A DNA stretch of 63,991 nt, filler included, from Cercozoa sp. M6MM (GCA_040357565.1; 13 parts of 13 records of this genome joined end to end with filler, not necessarily neighbours in it), one strand, 5' to 3'. Counted from the first letter of the whole stretch, positions 11,766 to 24,050 are shown. Notes: generated from the sequence alone by a model not told the origin. A program made the numbers and translations.

Positions 11766-12316
11766 ATGCCTTCGTACGGACAGAAGGACTTTTCGGAGCT
11801 CGGAAGCTACGACCCCACTGCGGTAGGCTTGTGCTGGTGTTGTGTCATGTCTGAAACACGAGTGTACGTGCAGGTGGAGCCGTTCTGGAACGCTTACTGG
11901 GAGCAAAACGGCTGCTACGAGGCCGATTCCGAGGATGGTAGCGTTGGTGTCCTCCTGTTGACCCGCTTGTTACCTCCTTGGTATCTGCAGGCAAGGAACC
12001 GTTCGTGATGTGTCTGCCGCCGCCCAATGTGACCGGTACATTACTCCGCAGACGTGTGTGTACCAAGGAAGGTGTGTGTGGCGTAGGCCACCTGCACATT
12101 GGACACGGCTTCATGGCTGCCATCGAGGACGCCATCGCTCGTACGCACCGCATGCAGGTAGTGCCTTTACTCCCTTCTTACCCTCTTTTAACCCCTCCCT
12201 TAACCCCTACCCCTTAATCCCTGCCCCTTGATACAGGGCCGCAGCGTGCTGTGGATCCCGGGCACGGACCACGCCGGCATCGCCACGCAGAGCGTCGTCG
12301 AGCGGCGTCTGCAGCG
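11766..12316 (+). CDS. VARS: Valyl-tRNA synthetase, N-terminal part (truncated by scaffold end; true start may lie upstream)
   Basis: [30 protein letters not shown]|HLHIGH (HIGH motif) and [19 protein letters not shown] are diagnostic of ValRS. Confidence 0.93.
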
Positions 12317-12429
12317 GTACTTTATTTTNNNNNNNNNNNNNNNNNNNNNNNNNNNNNNNNNNNNNNNNNNNNTTAATTAATTAANNNNNNNNNNNNNNNN
12401 NNNNNNNNNNNNNNNNNNNNNNNNNNNNT

Positions 12430-12513
<84 letters not shown>

Positions 12514-12558
12514 ATAAAATATATCCCGATCATATAGACACGGACAGAGGGATCGGAA

Positions 12559-12669
12559 CCGGCTTGCGCGGCAGACAGTGGAGGAACACGGCGCGGTCGC
12601 TGGCCTTCTGCATCATGGTGGTGTCCACCTGCGCACATGTGCATTTGAGCCCAATCACAAAGTCGCTAT

Positions 12670-12759
<90 letters not shown>

Positions 12760-14071
12760 CGCGACAGAACCTGGTAGCCCGCAAAGTCGGCGAGTCGCTT
12801 TTTCTTCTCCTCCTCCTGTCCCATGGAAACCCAGGTATCGGTCACGATGACATCGGCACCCGTGACGACGGCATCGACGTCAGTGCTAAGTAGCACCTCA
12901 CTGCCGCCACCGTCCGTCGCCGCCAGGAACTGCAAAGTACTCATCACCATATATAAATCCGCACGAAGATTGGGTCTTACCTTCGTGTCCTGTACGATAC
13001 CGTCATCCGGTTCGTAGCCAGTTGGGCACGCGGCACGAACGTTGATGCCCAGCTACACTAGCACATGCACGTGCCTGTGCTTAGTGAAACAGATCGCACT
13101 CTGAAATGTTGGTACCCTGGCACAACCGAGCATAAGGTCATGCAGAACATTGTTGCCGTCGCCAACCCAGGCGACAGTAAGGTTGAGCCCTTCCTTTCCC
13201 AGCTGCTCAGGATCTTCCACGCCATAGTGCTCCATGCTATTCAGGCACAGATGCAACGGTACATGTTAGATGCCAAGTCCGGAAAAGGGTACAGAGTCTG
13301 CAGGTCGGCCAGTGTCTGCAGCGGGTGGTGCAGATCACTCAGCGCATTGATCACCGGGCGAGATGACAGATGCGCCAGCTGCTGCACGTCGTCATGGCTG
13401 TACACGCGACTGCGCAAATTGAATCAAACCCCCAATCAATCAGCTCCTGCTAGTTATATATAAATAAACATCGAAACTGAAGTGTGCGAAGCAGAAGGTA
13501 CGCGAGCAGAAGTGAGTTGAAACGCGACAGGACACGCGCAGTGTCAGGCAGAGACTCGTTCTCGCCGAGCTGGATGTCGTTAGGACCCAGGAACAAGGCA
13601 TGGCCACCGAGGAGGTTCATGCCTGTCTCGGAACTCACGCGGGTGCGCGTACTGCAACACACATACAGTATTCCTCACAGGGCAATCCTTTCAAGAAACA
13701 ACTCTCAGCACACCTGCGTTTCTGGAAAATCATTCCGATAGACTCGCCGCGGAGAGGCGCAGCGCGCTTTGCTTTGCGCACCGTATCGGCATCCTACGAA
13801 TCGACACAAATGCAGATGTACGCATACCCCGCGGGCATTATGCATAAGCTTTCACAACGACATACGCCCTCTCGCAACGCCAGTTTGAGTTGCCTCGCGC
13901 ACGTCAGCAGAGCAGCGAGTTCACTTCGCGACACATCCTGTCAGAAAAAGAGATATGGATGTCTGGGTGGCCATCCGGGGACATCACAATTTTGCAGTCA
14001 AGGCAACTTTGCACCTGAAGTGAAAGCAGCGAGCGACCCGCAAACGAAGCGACACCTGGAACGCGCAGCAT
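12559..14071 (-). CDS. OTC: Ornithine carbamoyltransferase (3' end truncated)
   Basis: MIFQKR|[81 protein letters not shown] and FLHCLPRKP. Confidence 0.96.
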
Positions 14072-14212
14072 TGTTGGTCAGGTGCACACAAAGAAAGATA
14101 ATAATTGCAGTATCGATCACATCTTGACTGACTGGTCACACGCGAGACTATTTTAGGGTGCGCTTGGAGCCAGGCTCTTGTGCCCATCTCACAACCGTCG
14201 CCATTGTGGTTG

Positions 14213-14749
14213 ATGCGAGTGTTACTCCACAACGGCACCATTGTGGTGCAACCGAGCACCCAGTCACTGGCCGATTGGCTTCTGTGCGACAGCGAAACCG
14301 GTCGCGTCCTTGAGGTTGGATCTGGCACCGTCGAGCATGTGCCGCACGACCAACGCATCGATTTACAACAAAAGGTGCTGAAACATTCGAGCAACATCGT
14401 TTTCCTCGCAGTTCTTAGTGACCGGGTGCAAAGTAGGTCGTTCTCCCGGGTCTGCATGACGCGCACTGCCACGTGAGGTACCTGGGTGCGCAGCTGCGAC
14501 GCTGTCAGCTCGCCGGGAGCACGTCGCTGCAGCAGGTGCGCGAACGAGTGCGCAGCTTTGCGCAGCAGTTTATTGAGTCCTACTGCGAGCGGCACAGCGA
14601 CGGCAGCAGTGCCGCGAGCGAAGAGTGTGAAAGTGAGACAGTGTGGATCGTCGCGCACGACTGGGATGACTCGCAACTCGGCGCACTGCCTTCGCGATAC
14701 GATCTGGACGACGCTGTTCGCGGGATTGCCGCAACCTATGTTTGCAATG
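14213..14749 (+). CDS. Amidohydrolase_3 (YtcJ-like) metal-dependent hydrolase, 5' part
   Basis: MRVLLHNGTI...IDLQQK|VVLPGLHDAHCH (HxH metal motif), followed by WIVAHDWDDSQLGALPSRYDLD, typical of the YtcJ-like subfamily. Confidence 0.85.
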
Positions 14750-14899
14750 GTGAGTCTCTGCTTCTTGTATCACTGCCTATCCATGTGNNNNNNNNNNNNN
14801 NNNNNNNNNNNNNNNNNNNNNNNNNNNNNNNTTAATTAATTAANNNNNNNNNNNNNNNNNNNNNNNNNNNNNNNNNNNNNNNNNNNNGGGGGGGTGTAT

Positions 14900-15180
14900 A
14901 ACGTGGCTACTCTCGAAGTTATCGTAGCCAACCGTCTCCAACAACGGCATTTGCAATGCTTCGTCGCTGTGACAAATTGTTTATTCACCACACAAAACAG
15001 AGCACGCCCACACAAGCAATGGGCGGACTGACTGACCTCTTGTGCGTGTCTCGTAGCATGTCCAGCAACACCTGGTGCAACTGACTGTTTGACATGTCTG
15101 ACTGGTGCGACAACTGCTCGCAAGCCAGCCGGAGCCACTCTCGCGCCTCCGCGACGCTGCCGGACATCGCTGCGGCACCT
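14900..15180 (-). CDS. Hypothetical protein fragment
   Basis: Exon-like segment MSGSVAEAREWLRLACEQLSHQ...RDTHKR is bounded by AG/GT and runs into the scaffold end. Confidence 0.35.
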
Positions 15181-15519
15181 GCAGCAAACACATAAACCAT
15201 CAGTCGTCGACATTACCATAATTGCACACACCAAACCTAGTCTCGCGCCCTTTCAATGTGACCAACTGCTAACAGAAAGGTGAGCACTCGTATGCACAGC
15301 TTAACGCAGCACACTATTGCTAAGGAAACCTGGAGGAATTCGGCGGAGCTCACACCCAGTCTGTTTCCAAAAATAATAAAACTGCCATCATTTAGACCAG
15401 CAGTACTGTAGTTTTGGACCGTTGGACCAGTTGAGTTGGGCCACGCGCACACTTAATAAAAATGTCTCATGGTCCAAAATTACTGCTGCCAGGTAGTTTA
15501 ATAGGCGCAGGTGCGTGTG

Positions 15520-17130
15520 ATGCATCACGAGTTGCCAAAGATAGAGCTTCATGCGCATATTTCGTATATTTTGTCTTGCGTTCCTGTGATCACAACCGAA
15601 ATTGAGAAGTTGATAGTGGGTGTGCACGTCGAGAGACGCTCTTAGAACTCGCGAAGCAACACGAGAATCCATCGGTGTTCGAAAGCATTCCCGACCACCT
15701 TCGTGTGCCGAACTTAGGCGTACCAACTGTCGTGTGACATGAGAGGCATCGGTTTAGTCAAAGTGTGCCATGTTGGGGGATGAACAGGAACGAACATTGA
15801 CAGAGTGCTTCGAAGTCTTCAAAGTCATCCACGAGTACTTTTCATTTAAACCCATCTGATTTTTTGCTGTTTTGTGATACTTGGTGTGCGCAGTGTGGTC
15901 AACACGCTCAGTGCGGTGCGAAGAGTGACCAGAGAGGCATTGGAGGATATGCACGCCGACAACGTCGTGTACGCTGAGTTGCGCACCACTCCGCGGGTAC
16001 CTTCAGTTCCTGCTTGTGCTGTGTACATGTGTCTGTGCTGACACTCTTGCTTGCAGGCCGTGGAAGGCGAGTACACCTGCGAGGAGTACGTCGATGCTGT
16101 TGTTGACGAAATCAGCACGTTCGCGGGCAGTGATGCCGGCATGCAGGTCTACCTGCTGCTGTCGCTGAACCGCGGTCGTCCGGTGCAGCAGGCGAGTGAC
16201 ACCGTTGATTTGTTGCTGCGTCGTAGGTGGCCTCTGGTCAAGGTAGTGTTTGTGATTTTTGTTTTTTGTTTTTGGACTCTTGATGTGTGAAGGGTGTCGA
16301 GCTGAGCGGAAATCCGCTGGTGGGTGACGCGCGGGACTTCATTCCGTAACATCTCCTGAATATCGATAGGGGTATTTGTGAGTCTTTGTACCACGTTTAC
16401 TGTTTTGCAGTGCACTAAAGGCTGCAAGGGAGACAGGCTACTGTGTGTCTGCTCACCTTGCCGAAGTTGACACCCCTGTGGCCGTGAGAGAGGTATTTTT
16501 CGTCTTTAAATCACGATACAGCATTTTTGCTTGAGTAGACTGATGAACTGCTGGGCACGATGTGCACACTGGCAGATGGCAGCACTGTTCCTCTAGTCCA
16601 GGTAGTCAGCATTAGTGTTTGCATCCAGTTGTGAGTTTGTGTGACCTGAATTGATGCAGAGACTGGGACACGCTGCCTTGCTGAACGAAACGCAGAGTGA
16701 GCAGGTGTTGCGACAGCGTATTCCGGTGGAAGTGTGTCCCACTTCAAGTGAGAAAACGCTGCAACTCAACTCGCTGCGTGAACACTGGTACACTTGCTTG
16801 CACGCCTACCCGTGTGCTTATTCTCTTGCGTGCACAGGCACCTCGAGCAGTGGTTGCAGAGCGGCCACCCCATCTGTGTGTGCACCGACGATAGTGGCGT
16901 CTTTGACACAACCCTGTCGCAAGAGTACGACAAAGTGCACCGTGCCTTTTCTGACTTGCTGCCCGACTATGGGTATTCTGCGTGCACTTTATCTCTAGGT
17001 TAGTGGAGAACAGGATTCAAATTTTATTGATAGGTCACTCTACGATCTGTCGTTGCGTGCCGTTGACATGTGCTTCTGCGGTGATAACGACAAGCAACGC
17101 TTGCGGCAAGTTCTTGGCGCTTTACACTAA
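15520..17130 (+). CDS. ADAL: Adenosine deaminase-like protein (ADAL/MAPDA, N6-methyl-AMP deaminase type)
   Basis: MHHELPKIELHAHISG, RTLTECFEVFKVIH, DNVVYAELRTTPR, LLLSLNRG, GVELSGNP, HLAE, RLGHA, VEVCPTS and CTDDSGVFDTTLSQEY; stop TAA at 17128-17130. Confidence 0.93.
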
Positions 17131-17416
17131 CGTGTCGATGCTGAGTTTTTGTCACGCGACGAAACCGAACCGAACTCGCGCTCCGTGGACTGACTCGTCG
17201 ATCGACTTCGGTCAGCGGCCAACTCGAGCCACGGTCAGCTCCGACCGGGTACCTACCATATCTGATCGTTCACCGCACGAACGCAGCGGCACTATACAGT
17301 AACTCTTCGCTTGACTTACTTTAGTTGTATCGTATATGCTATGCATGGATGCATGGCGACATACACGCTCAATCCAAGCGAGTGGATGAGGGTAAATCGA
17401 AACGAGGATATCGCGC

Positions 17417-17506
17417 ATGTCAGTCGGTCACTGCGCGCGACCCAAGATGATCATTCTGCACAAAGCGCCTACAGGACCAGTATTTGTTGACATCGAAAAC
17501 AGTGCG

Positions 17507-17588
<82 letters not shown>

Positions 17589-18155
17589 CGTGCGTGTGTG
17601 TACAGTATGCAGAAATCCGTGAACTGAAGACATTGTTTAGCTCCGGGCAACATTGTTCAAGTTGTTCAGTCACTGTGCCGGCCGAAATCACCGACTCGCA
17701 GTGTACTGTATTACTCATGCCAGTCTATGCACTAGAGCCTTAACATCTAACGAAGCAAGCAAAGGTGGTGTAAAAATACACCGGGGGGAAGGGGGTTGCG
17801 ACATGCATGTGTCACAGCCGGCAGTCACCTTTTGTCGCAGTCAGCGACGACGGTGAAAGTGAGGAGGCGAGCCGCAGCGCGCTTCGAGCGCGCAAGGCTG
17901 CGCACTGCTGCAGCGCACGGCGATGGCGTGCTGCAGCCGAAGCTCCAGCAAGTGGCGGAACAGCTCACGCGCACGGCGGGCGACCCGCAGCACTCGCGCC
18001 TGACGTTCGAGCTCGAGTGCCTCCAAACGCTCGCGCTCGAGTCGTTCCTGCCGCTCTCGAACGGCGGCAGCAGCTTCGACGGCGAGTTCGCGGAGTTGCA
18101 GGCGCTGTTGCTGCTGCCGGCGCTTCCAGCAGACGCGGAAAGACGCGCCTCGCTC
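17417..18155 (+). CDS. Hypothetical protein, 5' part
   Basis: An ATG exon and a (GT)n intron are followed by a GC-rich exon (QPKLQQVAEQLTRTAGDPQHSRLTFELECLQTLALESF...) that is open to the scaffold end. Confidence 0.45.
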
Positions 18156-18306
18156 NNNNNNNNNNNNNNNNNNNNNNNNNNNNNNNNNNNNNNNNNNNNT
18201 TAATTAATTAANNNNNNNNNNNNNNNNNNNNNNNNNNNNNNNNNNNNNNNNNNNNCCCCCCCCCAACCCTCTTACCCTCTCTGACCCCTTCACCCCCCTG
18301 CGGCAG

Positions 18307-18860
18307 GTGCTGGGTGTGGCATGGAGCAACACGGACGACAGCTTTGCGAGTGTTGGCGCCGATGGCAGGTATTTTACCCCCCTGTTTACCCCCCTGTTTA
18401 CCCCCCTGTTTACCCCCCTGTTTACCCCTCTTCTGGTAGAGCGAAATTGTGGGTGCACGCGGAGCATGCGCGCGATGCTGAGCATACGTTTGCCTCGCTG
18501 CATACTGGTAGTCTCACCCCCTCCCCTGTTTAGCCCTCCCTGTTCCCCGCGTTTACCCCTAATTTATACCCATAGGAGCCATCACGGCATGTGCATATGA
18601 TCCGACCGGTCACTATCTCGCCACATGTGGTGCTTTACCCTCTCTTACCCCTTTAACCCCCCCGTTTACCCCCCCCCCCCCTGCGGGCAGGCGCCGACGG
18701 TCGCCTGGTGGTGGTGGCGGTGGCCAGCAGTGTCACCACTGAGCACTCCTCCGAGGCCTCCGTCAACGCGTCCGTCGGCGGTGTCACTGTGCCAGAGCAC
18801 GACGATATCGATGAGGACAACGACGAGGCTGCCATGTCCGATGGTCCTCTTGACGAGTAG
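18307..18860 (+). CDS. WD40-repeat protein, C-terminal part
   Basis: Spliced VLGVAWSNTDDSFASVGADGR|AKLW...HTG|AITACAYDPTGHYLATCG|ADGRLVV gives two WD40 repeats, then an acidic tail and TAG. Confidence 0.85.
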
Positions 18861-19897
18861 TTGTTGCCTTCTTTGTTAGTGACGGTTGTCAGTGAAAAGA
18901 ACTAAATAAAAGAAGTAGTCGCCAATTAGACGAAGCGAGGGAATCAAATGATTCAGTTTGTAGACGTAGAAGCGAAGTACAGAATTACCCCAACTGGGTT
19001 CTTACGTCAAACTAGACGGAGTTCTAGACGGAATCTTCTGCCACGGGGAAAATCGTGAGAGGATTTAACGAAAAAACCCTTCTCTCTACAGCAGCCAATT
19101 TGTAAAGGTGGATATCAGTACAAACAGCGAGCAACTGACCAGCTGATGCCAAGTAGATGAGATTTTCTCTTTGCCAACTGGCAGGCAATCTACAGGACAT
19201 GCTTCCAGACAGGTCCAGTCACAGCTCTCTAGGCAGTAGTACCGCAGAGCCACAAACTCTTAACTCTTCTTTCTCTTTTACTTCAATGATGGGAGACCAA
19301 CTGGTCTCAGGGTTTATCTTCGCGGAGACTGCATAATCGGAGTGTCTAGATCTGTAACACTACCGTGCCCGTCAAGTCACCTCGGTTAGTTTGTGAGTTG
19401 AGTCATGTGTCTACCCAGGGATTGAGACAGGGATTCACAGGGAGGGAAACTATAGAGTTAGTTTCTTAGTCGGTGTAAATTTACTTACTACAGCCTCGGG
19501 TTCATGTCAGTAAGTATTTACTCGTAAAAATAATACACGGGTTCGCCCCAGAGTGCGATGCTGTACACAGGCTTCGCAAATTTGTAGCGAGGTACTGCGA
19601 GATTCCCGGCCTTGTAATTTACATGTGTGTCAGTCTTTTGGGTGTGTTGATTCTTCGAGAGATATGTGCGTGTGCTCGCTCGTATGACGCGTACCCGTCC
19701 TTGAGACATAGGACTCTCATTTTGATCGAAAGCCTATGATGCTTCGCTTGCACACTTCCTGATCTACTCGACTCGTGCCAAGCAAGCCGTGCGAAAAAAT
19801 GGAGGAGAAACTGAAGCAGACGAAACCAACTCGACATCATACAGTACAGTAACGTCCAGTAACTGACTGTAAATCACTACAGCAGCAGGACGGGAGT

Positions 19898-20441
19898 TTA
19901 CTGCATCTGCGACAGCATGTTCTCTAAGGCATCCAGTCGCTGCTGCGCGATACTCAGGTGGTAGTCGGCCAACGAGCTGCGCAAACACAGAGAGACCACG
20001 AGGTAAACTCAAGCACTGGGTTAGTGGTGTGTTGGGCACGGTACGTGTCCTGGACGTGACGCTGTGCACGGAACTCCCGTCGCACCTGCTGTCGCATCTC
20101 CTGCCGCGAGCGCTTGTCCACTGAGACAAGACACACACGTGCCGACCGTGAGCATAGACTAACAACAAAAGAAGGTACTCAATTCGTGACGGCACAAACG
20201 CAAACCACGGCGGTACGTCTTCAACACCTGCAACAAAAGGACATGATGGATTTCTTCATGCTGATAGTGTTGCGCTGTGCCTCGCTGCGACGGATGAAAG
20301 TACTCAAGTCGGGGATCTCCTCTTCAAACTTTGTGTTAGACACAGAACATACTTCCGCTGCACTCAGGAGCACCTTCTTAAAGCAAAAGGTACACTGGAA
20401 AAACGCCTCCGCGCACACGCAATCGATCTTCGCAACAGCAT
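19898..20441 (-). CDS. LYRM2: Mitochondrial LYR-motif protein (LYRM2-like)
   Basis: MLLRRSIACARRRFSSVPFALRK|FEEEIPDLSTFIRRSE|VLKTYRRGLRLCRHEL|MDKRSRQEMRQQVRREFRAQRHVQDT|SLADYHLSIAQQRLDALENMLSQMQ*: R-rich presequence, (L/T)YR motif and the downstream R.EFR. Confidence 0.8.
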
Positions 20442-20777
20442 CTGATGGTCGTTAGGCAAGCTAAAGAAGCGTATTAAACCGACAGGACACTGCTTAATGC
20501 GTGATCTAAGTGCCAGATCTTCCGTGCTGCATTTTTTAATTTATTGTGCACCGGCGATCACAGTGCGGCATATCGGTGTATCGTGATAGCGACGCGTTAC
20601 AAGTGGTCCCAGACAAGTGTTACACTGTTTTGACATCGTTTAGACGCGACAGAGCCTCGTTGAGAGGAAGAACTTGAGTGATTTTGGTCCAGAATCAAGA
20701 GAAAAGAAAAAGGTTGGAGACGCGGACGTAACTTGGCTTCCCGATCTCTACAACGTGTTCACGCAACAAGTAGCGCC

Positions 20778-22734
20778 ATGTCGCCTGGTTAGTTGTGCAA
20801 TCCATCGTGTCCCATTGTGTGGTCAGCTGTGATCCCTTTTTCTGTTTTGTGGCGTTTCCTGTTTTTTTGTGGTTTTTCGCCGTGACACTGGCCTAAGCAG
20901 TCACAAGATTGCTTGCAAGCTACACTGTGTATTTGGGCGCTTTTGGCACCAGTACAGTGGATGCAGTGGGTGCGGTGTGCTGATTTAGCGTGCTGATTTT
21001 TTCGTGACGGTTTTTGTATGTTTGCGCCCGCAGAGAAGCAGCAGGGCACAATGCCGGCGATCTCGTTCCAGGGCATGGTGAGTGCAGCGACGAACGGGCG
21101 TCTGCCGCAAGTGATTCCGGCCGAGCACATCCGGCGCTCATTGGCCGAGACGGCAGACCGCACGATCCTCACGGAGAAGCAGCAGCAGGTGCTTTCGCTT
21201 GTTTGAGGAAGGGGACTGTTTGAGTGTGCATGTCTGTGTTGGTAGCAACAGCAACAAGAACAACAACAAAAACAACAGCAAGAAGAGCAGCAGCAGGAAG
21301 AAGGCGACAAGCGCAGCAAGAAGACGACGCAGCCGACGCAGGCAGCAGCGACGGCGGAGGAGCGAGCACGGCGTGCCATGCTGCGCGACGTGGCGCCCTA
21401 CAAGCACCTGGACCGTTTCGTGTCACCGCTGCACGGTCAGCCGCTATCGACGACGGCACACGAGATGCTGCACGGACAGACATCCGCGCGGAGCGATGCA
21501 GTGGCGCCGCTCGTGTCGGAGCGGCCGGTCGACACGCCCTTCTCGGCCAAGATGCGCACGCACAAGCGGCCGCTGCGCGACGCCGCGCTGCGTGTGCACG
21601 AGCGTGTACCCCTATCCCTACCCCCTACCCCCTACCCCTACCCCTACCCCTACCCCTCTTCCTACCCCTACCCCCTACCCCCTACCCCTACCCCCTACCC
21701 CTACCCCTACCCCCTACCCCCTCCCCTACCCCTACCCTACCCCCTCCCTCCCTTACCCTACCCCTATATGGCAGGAGGCACGACAGTGGCAGGCAGAGCG
21801 CGAGCGCGAGGTGCGGCAGGCGGACGCGAAGCTGCGCGAGGCGGCGGGCGAGGTGGCTACGCGCGAGGTGGCTACGCGGCGACATGCGCGTCAGCAGGAG
21901 CAGGCGCGGCAAGAGGCGGTGGCACGCGATGCCGTATTGTCGCCCGTGGCACATGTGGGTCCTCTGGGCGGCCTGTGTCCGCGCGCCACACCGACGCCGA
22001 CTCCGCTGGCCGGGCCGCCGGCCTTTGTGCCGCCTCGCATGCCGCGCATGCCCTCTGTGCCTCCTAGTCTTCCGACCTCGGTGCCTCCCACCTCGGTACC
22101 TCCTACCTCGGCACCTCCCACCTCGGTACCTCCTACTGGCCTACCGACGGCGTCGCTGGTGTCGCCTGTGCTGCGTGGCATGCCGCCAATGCCGCCGATG
22201 CCGCCGGTGCCGCCGCCGCCGCTGTCCGCTCCGTCCCTGTCCGGTCCATCTGTACCGTCGGGTCCATCTGTACCGTCGGGTCCATCTGTACCGTCGGGTC
22301 CATCTGTACCGGGTCCATCTGTACCGCGTGTGTCCCACTCGGGTGTGAAGCGCGAGGCAAATTTTCGGTATCCAACGCCTCGCGCCGCTCCGGATATACA
22401 CCGTCCGGGTAGTCCGGCTCAGATGGCTCCGGCTCAGGTGGATCCGGCTCGGGTGGCTCCGGCTCAGGTGGCTCCGGCTCGGGTGGATGGCATGACACCG
22501 GGCAGTGCGACACGTGGACGCCGGCGACGACGTGCACTGCTGAGCGACGAGGATGACGAGGACTACTCGATCGGCAGCGACGACGACGGCAACGCGAGCG
22601 ACAGCAACAAGGCCGTCGTGCTGGCTACAGTGCTGGCTACAAGGACGGCTACACGGGTGACTACAAGAGTGGCTACACGGGTGGCTACGACTGTGGTGTC
22701 GCCCAACACGCTGCGGCGCTCGCGGCGTGGCAAG
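20778..22734 (+). CDS. Hypothetical Pro-rich, low-complexity protein (3' truncated)
   Basis: Long GC-rich open exons carry tandem peptide repeats (PTSVP, SGPSVP, AQVAP, VATR). A (CCCCTA)n intron lies at 21606-21774. Confidence 0.6.
21608..21766. repeat. (CCCCTA)n intronic telomere-like repeat
   Basis: About 25 imperfect copies fill intron 21606-21774. Confidence 0.9.
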
Positions 22735-22899
22735 GTGTGTCTTTACCCCCCTCCCCATTTTACCCCCCATTTTACCCCCCATTTTACCCCCCATTTTACN
22801 NNNNNNNNNNNNNNNNNNNNNNNNNNNNNNNNNNNNNNNNNNNTTAATTAATTAANNNNNNNNNNNNNNNNNNNNNNNNNNNNNNNNNNNNNNNNNNNN

Positions 22900-23890
22900 C
22901 GGTGCGGGTCGACCTGCAGCTTGAGGTAGACGAAGGGTCGCTTGCCACGCGGCAGATGGCCACGGTATAGTGCCTCCAGCGCACGTCGTATCGGTGCACA
23001 CTGCCGACAAGAAGCAAAGAGTGCAGACGAGAAGGGAGGATAGGCAGGTAAGGAGATACTGCAACTGCACCTCCACCAGACGGTCATTAATGAAGAAGAT
23101 AAACTCGCTGCGACGCTGGCCATTCTCGGCATTGACGGCCAGTCCCTCGATTGTCTGCACTCCTGTGTTGCAAGTCAAGCGTGTTTACACTGCAACAAGG
23201 TCGCTTGTACGGGCAGGTGTACCCAGGTGAGTGGCCGAGGAACGGAACGGCACCAGTCCGTCGGCCAACTCGCTGCTGTACAAGCGGCGTATCACGTCGA
23301 CAGATCTGCAAACACAGTATACGGACATAGAAGGAAAGACGTCGCACAGAGAAATACTCAACACTGAAAGGACATAGGTATAAGGAACGCACGTGGTGTC
23401 GTCGGCACCATCAGTGACAACGTCGGCATGCGGACTTTGCGACTTCTTGAGCGAGAAGGACACCTGCAACGACCAACCAACAGTTTGCACTCACCGATAC
23501 AACACAGACATAGTTGTGTACATCAGGACGGTGCACGGCCATGCGTCGGACCTAGGGTCGCAAAAACGACACACATACACACGTGTACACACAAACACAT
23601 ACACACACGTGTAGACACACACACACGGACACGTGCACACACAGACACCAGCTAGGATAAGCAGCATACAAGTTGCGCGCATCGCTTGTGTTCTTCACGT
23701 GCCGCACCCATCGCTTGTCTCCTCTATCACATACACACACATATACACATACATACACACATTTCCTTGCAGTTGCAAACACATCACACGAGCATATGGG
23801 GCACCTGAGGCATGCCAGCGAACATTTCGGCAACGGAGATCTGCGTTCCGCGCATGCCATGCGTCGCCTCGGCTTCCTTCTGTGTAAGAA
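22900..23890 (-). CDS. MLH1: DNA mismatch repair protein MutL/MLH1, internal fragment
   Basis: GTQISVAEMF, VSFSLKK, IRRLYSSELA and FIFFINDRLVE|CAPIRRALEALYRGHLPRGKRPFVYLKLQVDP match the MLH1 ATPase/transducer region. Confidence 0.92.
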
Positions 23891-23902
23891 AGGTGTACGG
23901 TG

Positions 23903-23950
<48 letters not shown>

Positions 23951-24050
23951 NNNNNNNNNNNNNNNNNNNNNNNNNNNNNNNNNNNNNNNNNNNNTTAATT
24001 AATTAANNNNNNNNNNNNNNNNNNNNNNNNNNNNNNNNNNNNNNNNNNNN

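Noticed and set aside
19505-19519. ATACTTACTG on the minus strand resembling the U1 snRNA 5' end
   Set aside because: It lacks the ACCTG core, and no U1 stem-loops or suitably placed Sm site are evident.
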